Below the pieces are notes generated by a model. That model had not been told where the DNA came from and did no database searches. It worked only from the letters and a program-made list of their open reading frames with translations. Shown here piece by piece: positions 1-13,129 of a stretch of 64,000 nt of DNA; position 1 is the stretch's first letter, and every line of letters begins with the position of its first letter. Made by a program: the position numbers and the translations under genes. This stretch comes from Octopus vulgaris. Lineage: Eukaryota. Location of the stretch: positions 98,828,001-98,892,000 of the forward strand of contig OX597819.1 of the NCBI GenBank assembly GCA_951406725.2, written 5' to 3'.

Positions 1-60
1 TCCCTTTGTCTGTCCTTGTTTGTCCTCTCTGTGTTTAGCTCCTTGTGGGCAATAAAGAAA
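1..60 (+). mobile_element. SINE family A, 3' tail (element begins before the window)
   Basis: ccctttgtctgtccttgtttgtc...tttagctccttgtgggcaataaagaaa, near-identical to the tail at 931-990. Confidence 0.85.
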
Positions 61-254
61 TAAGAAACATGATAAGCGTGGTCATAGTTTGAACGTTCTT
101 AAGTCTTTACAATCAGAACTGATCTGGGGTAAGCAATAACAACAAATATAACCGCAATGACACTCATCCAGACCAACCAACTAAACCAAACCAAACCAAC
201 CAACCAACCAACCAACCAACCAACCAATCAACCAACCAACCAACCAACCAGCGG

Positions 255-415
255 CTGAGTCTCCACGTGATTGTTCGACCTACTAGAAATGGCGGTTAAA
301 TTACCTAAATTTCCAACTAAAACCTTTGAAAAAGGAAGCTCATTGAATAATATGGTCTCAAGATACATTATATCTGGAAAAAGATGGGATGATCGTGGCT
401 GGAACGCCTTTAAAT
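255..415 (+). mobile_element. Old interspersed repeat family H fragment (retroposon-like; other copies end in a (CAA)n tail)
   Basis: Motifs tagaaat(a/g)gc.gc.aaat and gatgggatgatcgtggctggaa recur in diverged form at ~997-1200 (+), 13525-13720 (-), 37875-38090 (-) and 58840-59047 (+). Confidence 0.5.
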
Positions 416-562
416 TGTAAATATAATATTCATTTAGGGATGAAAAGAGACTAAACAACAGCCACGATAGCAACAATTACTACAGCAAAAATATCACAAC
501 ACCGAACCATTGATGCTATCGCTATGTAGTGGTTCGCGTTGTTAGATATAGTTGCCAAAGGT

Positions 563-990
563 GGCGAGCTGGCAGAGGCGGCGAGCTGGCAGAAACGTTA
601 GCATGCCGGGCGAAATGCTTAGCGGTATTTCGTCTGCCGTTACGTTCTGAGTTCAAATTCCGCCGAGGTCGCCTTTGTCTTTCATCCTTTCGGAGTCGAT
701 TAAATAAGTAACAGTTACGCACTGGGGTCGATGTAATCGACTTAATCCGTTTGTCTGTCCTTGTTTGTCCCCTCTATGTTTAGCTCCTTGTGGGTAATGA
801 AGAAACAGGTATTTCGTCTGCCGTTACGTTCTGAGTTCAAATTCCGCCGTGGTCGACTTTGCCTTTCATCCTTTCGCGGTCGATAAATTAAGAACCAGTC
901 ACGCACTGGGGTCGATATAATCGACTTAATCCCTTTGTCTGTCCTTGTTTGTCCCCTCTATGTTTAGCTCCTTGTGGGCAATAAAGAAAT
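563..990 (+). mobile_element. tRNA-derived SINE family A, head-to-tail dimer
   Basis: Head ggcggcgagctggcagaaacgttagc, B-box-like gagttcaaattcc, body cctttcatcctttcg.ggtcgataaa, tail gggcaataaagaaa. A second unit restarts at 808 (ggtatttcgtctgccg). Many copies in window. Confidence 0.9.
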
Positions 991-1324
991 AATATATAGC
1001 AGCCAAAATTTTTTGAAAGCACAACTTGCTGTTTAAAAAGAATGATGTATACGTTGAATTATGTAGGTCTGTATACATTATATCAGGAGAAAGGCGTGGT
1101 AGTCATGGTTAGAACCCCCTTCATTTCGGTCTTTTCGCTTATAGCTGACGAAGGGCTTAACACCAACAACACAGTAACAACTACCGCTATACCAGGTAAC
1201 AACAATCACAATTTAGCGTGCACAGAGACAACAACAACAACAACAACGACAATAACGGCAAAAAACAACAACAATAATAACAAACCGCAAAAAAATAAGG
1301 TGAGATTAACATTCGCCACTCGTT

Positions 1325-1363
1325 TGACGTCATTGCGATGTGAGCACGTGACCTAAGATGGCG
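1325..1363. promoter_or_regulatory. Candidate cis-regulatory cluster: CRE + E-box + YY1-like motif
   Basis: TGACGTCA 1325-1332, CACGTG 1345-1350 (GGTCACGTG on minus), AAGATGGCG 1355-1363, in a CpG-retaining unique island. Confidence 0.35.
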
Positions 1364-1659
1364 ACTATAGTTTAGCGAAGACTTAAACGATGCCGTTGTA
1401 AAGTGTATATGTATGTGTGTGTGTATGAATGTGTAAGTCGTGTGTGCGTGCGTGCGTGCGTGTGTATGTATGTGTGTACGTGTGTTTGTGTGTAATGTAT
1501 TTTTGATAAGCTCTTGTGATGCTGCATTGTTGAAGGGTCGATCTGTCAAACTGGCTGTGGTGTGATGAACGGAACAGCTAAGGTTGCCAGTTCGGGAAAG
1601 GGGGGGGTGGGATTACCGGGACGTGAAGATGAAGATTAAATCACACACACACACACACA

Positions 1660-1718
<59 letters not shown>

Positions 1719-2504
1719 ACACTCGTAAGCACGCAGGGACACGCATATGCATAAGTACATTGCAGACACAGGTACACGCATATTTACATTCAATAACAAC
1801 TAATATAACAGTGCACTCAAAATGACGCATTGCCACACACGTATAGACAGGCGTATACACACATACATTGATAGATATATGCAAGCATATACACACACTC
1901 CCATATACACAGGCCCATATACAGACACAGACTAACGCAGCCATACAAACGCTCACACACTGACGCATTGGCTCAAACACTCACACAAATACAGAAATAT
2001 GCACGCATATACATACACATATACATACACATTCATATATACACATACACGCACATATATAGACATAGACTTATACAACAACAATAAAAAAGTACTCATA
2101 TGTTCAAACACACCCACAAACACACATATATATACATATACACATATATATATATAGACACATACACACACACAATCTATGAGAAACAATAAAGTAAATG
2201 ATAAAAACAACCAATCAAGCAAACAAACAACAGATACAAATAAATCGATAATGGATAAATAATTCAAACGATAAATTTAATATTATATCGTCTTTGATTC
2301 TTTTCTACTGGTTGTACTTGTACTACTTGATGTTGCTGTTGTTATTGTTGTTGCTGTTGTTGCTGTATATTCATTATCAATTTTGTACTATTTGTAGTAG
2401 TTATTATTGTTGATATACTACTTACTGTTGTTGTTATACTAATTGACGTTGTTGTTATCGAAATACGACGTTCTGTTTTTGTTGTTGGTTGCTGTATGCT
2501 AAAA

Positions 2505-2728
2505 TAACAAGCTGATGGAATCGTTAAAATTACGGACAAAATGCTTAGCGGCATTTCTTCCGGTTCTTTATGTTCTAGGTCCAAATTAATTCCACCAACT
2601 ACAACTTTGACTGTCATCCTTTTCGAGGTCGATAAAATAAGAACCAATCACACAGTGTGATCGATATAATAGATTTCCAATTCTGCACAAAATTTCAGAC
2701 CTCGTGCCAATATCAGAAAGAATTATTA
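2505..2728 (+). mobile_element. SINE family A, older diverged subfamily copy
   Basis: aaaatgcttagcggcatttc...catccttttcgaggtcgataaaataag...aaatttcagacctcgtgcc. Confidence 0.7.
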
Positions 2729-2740
2729 CAGGTGTTATTA

Positions 2741-2965
2741 AGGCGTAGGGCTGGCAGAATCGCTAGAGTGGAGGACAGGATGCTTAGAGGTATTTCTGCT
2801 CGCTCTTTACGTTCTGAGTTCAAATCCTGCTGAGGTCAACTATGCTTTCATCCTCCTGGAGTTAATGAAATAAAGTACCAATCATGTACTGAGGTCAAAG
2901 TAATTGACTAGCCGCGACTCATTATTGGATTTTCTGGATTTATGCCGCAATTTAAATGGTTCATT
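2741..2965 (+). mobile_element. SINE family A, older diverged subfamily copy
   Basis: gctggcagaatcgctag...ttacgttctgagttcaaatcctgctgaggtc...ctttcatcct. Confidence 0.75.
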
Positions 2966-3019
2966 ACATTTATTGTTGTTGTACTTAGTATTGCTGTTGT
3001 TGTGTCACATGATTTTGTA

Positions 3020-3208
3020 GATATTTTTGGGTAGGGGGACAGTCGATTAGATTGACCCCAGTACGCAACTGGTACTTAATTTACCGACGCCAAAAAGAAT
3101 GAAGGGCAAAGCCGACCTCGGCGGAATTTGAACTCAGAACGTAAAGACAGACGAAATACTGCTAAGCATTTCGCCCGGCGTGCTAACGTTTCTGCCAGCG
3201 CGCCGCCC
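3020..3208 (-). mobile_element. SINE family A
   Basis: Reverse complement of family A head/body (gacctcggcggaatttgaactcagaacgt...ttctgccagcgcgccgcc on +). Confidence 0.85.
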
Positions 3209-3336
3209 TTTTTCAGTTCTAATTTTTGTCAATGCTGCTGTCATTCCTGTTGCTGTCAATGATGATGATGTCATTTCGTTTCTCGTTGTAACGATGGCAT
3301 TTGTGCTATTGGTATACACACAAACATACATACTTG

Positions 3337-3386
<50 letters not shown>

Positions 3387-3407
3387 CGTATGTTCGCATA
3401 TATATGT

Positions 3408-3624
3408 ACTCTTTTACTCTTTTACTTGTTTCAGTCATTTGACTGTGGCCATACTGGAGCACCGCCTTCAGTCGAGTAAATCGAGCCCAGGACTTATTCT
3501 TTGTAAGCCTAGTACTTATTCTATCGGTCTCTTAGGCCGAACCGCTAAGTTACGGGGACGTAAACACACCAGCATCGGTTGTCAAGCGATGTTGGTGCAA
3601 TAAACACAGACACGCAAACACACA

Positions 3625-3686
<62 letters not shown>

Positions 3687-3851
3687 CGACGGGCTTTTTT
3701 CAGTTTCCATCTACCAAATCTACTCACAAGGCTTTGGTCGGGGCCCTAGGCTATAATAGAACATACTTGCACAAGGCGCCACGCAGCAGGACTGAACCCG
3801 GAACCATGCGGTTCGTAAGCAAGCTACTTACCACACACCAACTCCTACGCC
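3408..3851 (-). mobile_element. tRNA-derived CORE-type SINE family B, full length, with internal (TA)n(TG)n
   Basis: Reverse complement of the copies at 8901, 51499 and 52698; tRNA-like head, CORE-like segment, tail ggtgctccag...gactgaaacaagtaaaagag. Confidence 0.9.
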
Positions 3852-4051
3852 TATGTATGTATTCGCTAGCATTACATGTTGAAGTTGTGATTATGATCGA
3901 GGCTAAACACTGAAGGCGTTAACCCTTGATACCAACCGAGTAATTAAATTTACACCTACATCGCCCAACTCCACACCAATCTATGCCAGTTTGTTTGTCT
4001 TCTAATTAGTCATCATATATTGACACTATTTCTCATTAGTCTGTCCAGCAG

Positions 4052-4247
<196 letters not shown>

Positions 4248-4631
4248 GTCTGTGACTATTTGTCGACCCGTCTGTGTGTAGCTTACATGTTTGTTTTGTT
4301 TGTCAATTATTTCCACGTGTTAATTAATTACACTGTGTAAATAAAAGTTGATAAAAATACGAAGCTAGATAATCATGAAACGATACGTAAAACATGCAAG
4401 TACACACTCATCTTTCGGCTGAGCCTAAAGGTTGAGAAACTATATACGCGTACGCATGTACACACACGCATTTATATATATATATATATATATATATACA
4501 TACATACATACATACATACATACATACATGCATGCATATCGGCCGTGCTCCAGCATGGCCGCAGTCAAATCAAATGACTGAAATAAGTAAAAGGATAAAA
4601 GAATAGAAGAATACGCACACACACACACACG

Positions 4632-4664
<33 letters not shown>

Positions 4665-4673
4665 ATATATATC

Positions 4674-4976
4674 GGAGACCTCCTTCGGTTACAAATGACC
4701 ATGGGACAAGCCCGGGCAAGGTTGTTTATGGAAGACTAGCAGCTGTCCATGCATACCAGCCTCCTCTCTCCACGCCACCGATGTTATCCAAGGGAAAGGC
4801 AAGGGCCGATAGAGCTTGGCACCTGTGACGTCGCAACTCATTTCTACAGCTGAGTTAACTGGAGCAACGTGAGACAAAGTGTCTTGCTCAAGAACACAAC
4901 ACGCAGCCCAGTCCGGGATTCGAACTCACAACCTCACGGTCGTAAGATCGACGCTCTAACCGCTGAGCCATGCGCC

Positions 4977-4980
<4 letters not shown>
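4674..4980 (-). mobile_element. tRNA-derived SINE family D
   Basis: Minus strand: A-box tggctcagcgg, B-box gagttcgaatccc, CORE-like gtgttcttgagcaagacac. Confidence 0.85.
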
Positions 4981-5058
<78 letters not shown>

Positions 5059-5387
5059 CACACACATATATGTATATTGATATTAAGAAAATAAGAATTT
5101 GAGTGTTCAAACTTTTTGTTGATTTCAGGAAATAAAAGTTTGAAAGTACCATTTCTTCCTTCTTCTTCTTATCAATATTGCACTTTACGCTTCTCAGTAG
5201 CCAAGAAGTAAACTGGAACATCGGATGGGAGCTAAAGGAAGATTACTAAAAATGCATCATCGGAAGGAACCAGCTTTGGTGTTTTACTTAGACAAATTCA
5301 TTATCTGCTTAGATATTATATCCCTCTTATTATACACACACATACACACACACACGCGCGCGCGCGCGCAAACATACGTGCTATGAT

Positions 5388-5461
<74 letters not shown>

Positions 5462-5685
5462 GCTTAAATGATTTTGCGAATATGAAAAAAGGCAGAAAGA
5501 AATACTTCATACAGTCAAAGTATTTGATAAAAAATGTTCTTTAAAGTTATTAACTATTTTTAAAAAGGTATCTAAAAAACAGATTGACACAAACATTTTG
5601 GAAGGAAGTTTTAGTGTAGTGTGTAAGCGGTTTCGTAGTTCAACTTTTCAAACACACGTGTAATGAGAGTAATCACGTATAATGA

Positions 5686-5787
5686 GAAGAAGAAGAAGAA
5701 GAAGAAGAAGAAGAAGAAGAAGAAGAAGAAGAAGAAGAAGAAGAAGAAGAAGAAGAAGAAGAAGAAGAAGAAGAAGAAGAAGAAGAA
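5686..5787. repeat. (GAA)34 pure triplet repeat
   Basis: Direct reading; source of the poly-K/R/F ORFs. Confidence 0.97.
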
Positions 5788-6295
5788 TACGCATAGATCT
5801 AGTGAAAAGCGTAAATATAACAGCAGTTCATACGTTCTTTCTAGTCTTCTGTTTGAGAGGTTTTCATTCAACAGTCTTCACTACCAAATGAAATATTTCC
5901 TTCGCAGTGTCTTGAATGCAGATTAACGTTTGCCAGTAATCTTTCAGATATGTTCTACTCAACTTATTTTTCCAAACTGTTAAGCAGTAAACATGATATT
6001 CATCAGCTGATTTCTGCTTATAAACAGGCGCCACGTTTAACTAAGTACATTAAAGCTTGTGTTGAGATACACTTCTCAGACTTCCGGTTAAAGTTGTATT
6101 ACGGAAGTACATTGGCAATCTTATTGCTTAGTCTGTCTGTGATATTAGTAAAAGTTAAGCTCCCTTCTTTGTAGTTTATGCATGTATTGTGGCAGGAAGA
6201 GTGCAAACATACACATGCACAAACATAGATATATTATATATTTATATATCTATACATGCATACGTACATACATATTATATATATATATATATATA

Positions 6296-6448
6296 GGGAG
6301 AGTTTACGAAAAAAACAAAAGACGAAGACAGGTGGTGTACAAAACAAACATGTATTAGTATAACTCTCAGGAATAGAAAAAGACTTTTACGTTTTGAGCC
6401 TACGCTCTTCTACAGAAAGGGACACAGAAAAAAGGAAAAAAAAAAGGA

Positions 6449-6450
<2 letters not shown>
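6296..6450 (-). mobile_element. Family G short element (Penelope pLTR-like) with minimal hammerhead motif, copy 1
   Basis: gggagagtttacgaaaa...ttttacgttttgagcctacgctcttctacagaaagg, flanked both sides by (TA)n; GAAA box mutated to AAAA in this copy. Confidence 0.75.
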
Positions 6451-6505
<55 letters not shown>

Positions 6506-6741
6506 CCAACACACATAGATAGTGTATATGTGTAGTTAGTTCGTGGGTCGGCTGCGGCTTTTTAGGCATAAGAGAATATATTCAGAATGCGCCTGGTGTA
6601 AAAAGCAACAATATGTCCATGTTCAGTCATTCTGTAACGACAAACTATCACAACACTCTACGTTTGTATTGTGTACCTCTTCTACCGCCAAGCGATGTGT
6701 GTGTGTGTTTGTCTGCCTGTCTATTTATCTATCTGTCTGTA

Positions 6742-6823
<82 letters not shown>

Positions 6824-7112
6824 ATCAGTCATCTTCACCTCTCTCTTGTGATGTATTATGAATATGTACCGTACACAAGAGTTTTGAGTAATTCTTCAGT
6901 GTAATGGTGAATTGTTTTTATAACTCGATAGAAAAACGAAGAACTTACAGAAGCTCTTTAGGTCGATTCTTATTTTGGTTTCCATTGGTGTATAAGGGAC
7001 GGAGAGTAGACCATCATTCCTTGTTGAGACGCCACTCCATTTGCAGGGTTAATACACACCTGTTGTTTGTACTAATTTTCAGCTAAGCAGAACTAAAACT
7101 GTTTATATACAC

Positions 7113-7202
<90 letters not shown>

Positions 7203-8018
7203 ACACATATATATATATACACACACATACATACATACATACATACATACATACTTACAAAAATACATACATACACACACATACGTGTGTGTGTTTGTAT
7301 GTAAGTGTGTGTATACATAATTTGTATGTTGGGTCTCACCTAAGCGAGAAGAAAACTTTCATCTAACAAACATTATAGACGCAATTAGTGAACAAAAATT
7401 AGTTTTAAATGAGATTAATATGTAAAAAATACAAACAAACTTAATAAATTTCTTATGGATCTTTTATGGGTGGTTACGAACGAACAATAATGTCCGTGAC
7501 TCCAAAAAGGGTTCAAGGCTTTCTCAGCTTCATCTTGTGACGAAAATGGCAATTTCCGTCACATGACATTGATTGCCACGTTTTGCAATATTCAGGAAGT
7601 GCTCAAAGGAATTATGCTTTAGCCTTATAGCAAGCTAAAATATGCAGCAATAACATATCACTTTAATCAATTTAGTTAGAAAATGAGGATGACATAGTGT
7701 TGAAATGTTAAAATGAACCTGGGAAACTTTTATAAGTAAAATGTCGACTTCCGATAAACATAAAAAATGTGTAATAATGATGTTTAAATCGCATGTAAAC
7801 TACTAAATATAAATAAAATCTATGCATAAAATTATATATATATCCATTTTGTGTATGCGTGCGTGTGTGTGTATACGCATAAAAATTGTCTATATTTAAA
7901 CCAGTCTGGTTATAATTCTAAATATTTGCATATGTACACGGTTGTGTATTTAATTTGATATGTGTGTATGAGTGGGTGAGTGTGTTTACTGTTCGCTAAG
8001 GTAGGCTCAGCAAAAAGG

Positions 8019-8089
<71 letters not shown>

Positions 8090-8900
8090 ATAACCCCCTC
8101 CGCATATATTTATAAACATACACATACACAAGTATCCAATACGAAAATTACAATAAAAATAGTAATGCAACTAAACGAGTACATAAACACACTGCTACCT
8201 GGGTATTTGTCGACCTTATCAAGTCTCTATTAGTACGGATTCCTTTACATACACTAGGGTATTCTAGATTCTGTGGAATCTATATTTATCCAGTTTCTAT
8301 TTTAGTTGTACATCTACCCCGGCTGGTTTAAGCAAATACTTAATGTGGTGAACATTTATTTTAGGTCGACGCTTTCCAGCTGCACGCCGGTGACGGTTGG
8401 GAAGTCTACCGTGAAAGCATTGAACAACTTCACAGCTCAAAACAGCTATGCTTTTTTTTTTATTTCATACATACACACACGCGCACACATATCAACACAC
8501 ATACAAACACAAACGCAAACATGCACACACATATATGCTTACAAGCATACAGAAGAGAGCGTGTGTACTCAATAGTTTCGCCCAGGGCTGAGCTATCAAC
8601 TTTTGATATGATATAATAGCAAGCTCGCTTGATACACTGCACTTGGAAAGCATTTATAGATTTGATTTGCTTCTTACAAGAGGTTGCATGAACACGCTTA
8701 ATAAGTAATCAAAAAATTCTAATTATCCTCTCTCAAACATGATACGAAGCTTAAACTTCAATCCTTAGTTATATCGAAAATGCGTAAAGTTAAAGCACAA
8801 ATTATACAATCAAGCAACTAATACTGATGCCCTAAAATTACAAGCTGCATTATAAAATTTGAAATCATTATCTACTGTGACTCTACTATCCGGTCTTTAA

Positions 8901-9320
8901 GAGTGGCTGTGTTGTAAGTTGATTGCTTACCAACCACATGGTTCCGGGTTCATTCCCACTGCGTGGCACCTTGGGCAAGTGTCTTCTACTATAGCCTCGG
9001 GCCGACCAAAGCCTTGTGAGGGGATTTGGTAGGCGGAAACTGAAAGAAGCCCGTCGTATATACGTATATATGTATATATATATATATATATATGTATATG
9101 TCTGTGTTTATGTTTGTGTTTGTCCCCCCAACATCGCTTGACAACCGATGGTGGTGTGTGTACGTCACCGTAACTAAGCGGTTCGGCAAAAGGACCGATA
9201 GAAGAAGTACTAGGCTTACAAAGAATAAGTCCTGGGTTCGATTTGCTCGACTAAAGGCGGTGCTCCAGCATGGCCATAGTCAAATGGCTGAAATAAATAA
9301 ACGAGTAAAAGAGTAAAAGA
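8901..9320 (+). mobile_element. SINE family B
   Basis: gagtggctgtg...ggttccgggttcattcccactgcgtggcaccttgggcaagtg...ggtgctccagcatggcc...gagtaaaaga. Confidence 0.92.
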
Positions 9321-9478
9321 TTTACTCAGATGGTAAAGCACTGAGTAGTAATTGATTTCGTTGATTAATGAGTGTGTTCAAATCTAGCCATTCGGCTTCG
9401 GCATTGAATTTTATCCCAACGTTGGCCTGCAGGACATGTTTACTATATTCAACTCAATAAATTACATTTCCTCCAAGA

Positions 9479-9517
<39 letters not shown>

Positions 9518-10209
9518 GTATCTATCTATGGTTTCGTCTACTCGTCTGTGTACTTCATACATGTTTGTTTTGTTTGTCAATTAATTTCACGTGTAAAAAT
9601 AGAGGTTGACAAAAATACGAAGGTAGATAACCATGAAAGTATACACTTATCTGTCAGTCTGTCTGTATGCGTGTGTGTATGGATGCATGTATATATAACC
9701 CACTTTTGCAAACGTAACAGCATAAATACAATAACCAATTAATACGTAAGCACCAAGTGCAAAACATACGCTAACATCACTACCGCTATTATTGCAAACA
9801 CACACAACATGCCACGACTACCTCTGCTATAATATCACCTACAACTCCTTTAACAATAACATCATTAGCTAAAGGAATCACTACAACTATTACTACGGCT
9901 CTTAATATTGCTGTGACTAACACCCCTGTGCCCCAGGTATCCTACTGTTACAACGTTACCAATAATATAAACACCAAACACAGTGCAAAAACTACTTGTG
10001 CAATGGCAACGACGGCAACGATGATAGTCTCCGCCACCACCGCCACCAGCAGCAGCAGCAGCACCACCACCAACAACAACAACAGCAACAACAACATCGC
10101 CTTCACCACGATTCTCTCCTAACGTATCAACGACTCTGTGAACCTATGAAAGAGCGTCTGCATCATATATAGTCAATGTTTTTTTGGAGAAGCAGGTCGC
10201 ATGAGACTT

Positions 10210-10470
10210 AGCTCATCATGAGGCGGGCCCGACCACTAATAAAAAATTCTAATGAGCATTATTTTCCTCTTGGAATTAGGTGAGCAATTGAGAAACTCCC
10301 GTAGGCTGCGGGTTGCCCATATCTTCTCTACGCAGACGATTTCCTTGCAAGAAATGATCGACAGTTTCTCTCAAATAAACGCACTGATTCCATTCGGAGT
10401 GAGCACTACACCTGAAAAAGAAAACGTTGTAGCTTTGGATCATAGCTCTGCCACAGCTCACACTCACTCC
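10210..10470 (+). pseudogene. Decayed non-LTR reverse transcriptase fragment (RTE-like)
   Basis: tat ctt ctc tac gca gac gat (10320-10340) = YLLYADD catalytic motif. After a frameshift, LQEMIDSFS...FGVSTTPEKENVV resembles RTE LQxxxDxFS...FGLTISxKKTxV. Confidence 0.6.
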
Positions 10471-10543
10471 TGAACCCAATGATTGTTTGTATACATTCAT
10501 TGTTGGTTGAAATTTTGTTAGGTTTTCTCCCTTGTCACATCAA

Positions 10544-10787
10544 TCTTTTATCTTTTATCTTTTACTTGCTGAAGTCATTAGACTGCAGCCATGCTTTGGC
10601 ACCGCCTTAAAGAGCTTTTGTCGAACGAATAAATCTCAGTACTTACAACATTTTCTAAAGCTTGGTACTTATTCTATTAGCCACTTTTGCCGAGCCGATA
10701 ATTTACAGGGACGTAAACTCACCAACACCGATTATCAAACGGTCATAGAGGACAGACACAGGCTCAAACACAGACTCAACACGCACG

Positions 10788-10841
<54 letters not shown>

Positions 10842-11239
10842 CGACCGACAGGCTTCTTTCAGTTTCTTATTTCTTTACTGCCCACAAGGAGCTACACACA
10901 GAGGGGAAAAACGAGGACAGACAAACGGATTAAGTCGATTATATCGATCCCAGTGCGTAACTGGTACTTATTTAATCTACTCCGAAAGGATGAAAGGCAA
11001 AGTCGACCTCGGTGGTATTTGAAACTCAGAACGTAGCGGCAGACGAAATACTGCTAAGCATTTCGCCCGGCGTGCTAACGTTTCTGCCAGCTCGCCGCCT
11101 TTCAGTTTCTGTCTACGAAATCCGATCCGTAGGTTTTGAGCGGCCCGAGATTATAAGAGAAGAAACTTGCCGAAGGTACCATACCTGAACCACGAACCAT
11201 GTGGTTTGGAAGCAAACTTCATACTACACATCCACTTCT
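10544..11239 (-). mobile_element. SINE family B interrupted by a family A insertion
   Basis: B tail/body 10544-10867 and B head 11100-11239 flank the A copy. Confidence 0.8.
10868..11099 (-). mobile_element. SINE family A, full-length monomer with 11-bp TSD
   Basis: tttcagtttct at 10857-10867 and 11100-11110. Confidence 0.92.
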
Positions 11240-11800
11240 AAGAAAATTTTCATTTATTGCTATGGTACAGTCTTTTTCTCATTAGAGTTAAAATATCAAT
11301 TCATTAAAAATTGTTTTCTGTTACCACTTCGGCAATAGCAGCTGGAACCATTTGTTTTGAACACAGAAGACGACATTAGGAAGTTTTCCAGTTTCATTAC
11401 TTTAATTAGTTTAATTTGTAGAAGATCATCATACAAGAAAATAATTCTATAAGTTGTTTTAAGACCTTCATAGCAATTAAAGTGCCTGAAGACGTCACAT
11501 AAGACCGAAATATGCGGGGAGTTGTCTCAATAGCTGTCAAAATTTATGTCCACTCACCGTTTCCTTCATTCTACATACATTTTAAAATTTGAATCTTGGT
11601 TGATTAAAATGTTCGGTGTTCTCACACTTGAATTTTCTAGAGCTGAAATTAACATTTATGACATATTTCCTTATTCGGGTTATATAATTCAATTAAGAAG
11701 AAATGATTCGCAGCTCACCGCATACACATACACACTTACATACATACATACATACATATATACATACATACATACATACATACATACATACATACATACA

Positions 11801-11834
<34 letters not shown>

Positions 11835-12047
11835 CATACATACATACATACATGCAAACATGCATATACACACGTGTGTTTGTATATGGACAAATGAATA
11901 GAAATGGCTTTTTCACTTTAATAATTAGATGTTTGTAAGTTTAGAAGCTTATAAACAACTAATAATTAAAGTAGAAAATTTATCAGAAAAGCTATTTCTA
12001 TTCATATTCCGAATATATAATACTGTACCAAGGACTTTCTACTTCTC

Positions 12048-12172
<125 letters not shown>

Positions 12173-12262
12173 CGTATATCCGTATATGTAAAGACAAAAG
12201 ATAAAAGATATATACATAAATACGCATGCATATGTGTCTATGTATGTATATATATGTATATA

Positions 12263-12657
12263 TCTTTTATCTTTTACTAGTTTCAGGTATTAGATTGCAG
12301 CCATGCTGGAGCACCACCTTCAAGAATCTTTAATCGAACGAATCGACCCTAGCATATATTTTTAAAGCCTGGTACTTATACAATCGTTCACTTGGAACCG
12401 CTCACTTACGGGGACGTAAACACCTCAACACCGGTTGTGAAACGGTTGGGAGAGGGGTACAATCATAGACACAGTGACACAGAAACATAGATACATATAT
12501 ACACAACGGGAAACTTTCAGTTTCCGTCTACCGAATCCACTGACCTGGCTTTGGTTAGCCCGAAGCTATAGTGGAAAACACTTGCTCAAGGTGCCACGCA
12601 GTAGCATTGAACCCGGAGTCATGTGGTTAGGAAGCAAGCTTCCTACCACACAATCCC
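12263..12657 (-). mobile_element. SINE family B (diverged)
   Basis: gccatgctggagcaccacc...cttgctcaaggtgccacgcag...gaacccgga on +. Confidence 0.85.
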
Positions 12658-13093
12658 ATAGTTATTTTAGCATAAAGCAAAAGCCTTGGTCTTGTAGACA
12701 GTGTTGTGAACCACATATAGTATGTAATATAATAAAAAGTATAAAAGTCAGAATGCTGAGTATATTTAAAGAGATAACAGTTTCTAACTCGACTAGAATG
12801 AAGATTGAAGGTATTAAGTATAGGGATTCATTGCTTCCAGACATTTTAGTAGAATTGCAAGATTTCCTGTCGGGCAAAAGTAATTTCGTTGATAGCATTA
12901 ACTGTGAAAGTATTCCAAAAGCTTTTATATGTTTTCTTTGAAGACAACCAATTATGCGTAAGTGTATACTTATATATACTAGCACAACATTATACGTACA
13001 CAATATATACATATATATATATATCATATAATATATATATACACGCACACACATACATACATGCATACATACATACATACATACATACATACA

Positions 13094-13129
<36 letters not shown>

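Noticed and set aside
563-990. Repeat-spacer-like periodicity suggesting a CRISPR array
   Set aside because: Units are long SINE multimers without unique spacers; eukaryotic context, no cas genes.
1145-1165. CTGACGA hammerhead-like core (also CTGATGA minus at ~6000, CTGAAGA at ~55487)
   Set aside because: No properly spaced stem II/GAAA/UH partner; likely chance or too decayed to call.
5110-5210. Good-looking splice acceptor ttttgttgatttcag
   Set aside because: All three frames hit stops before a convincing donor.
12474-12941. 155-aa ORF, among the longest non-microsatellite ORFs
   Set aside because: First half is antisense SINE B; the remainder has no recognisable protein features.
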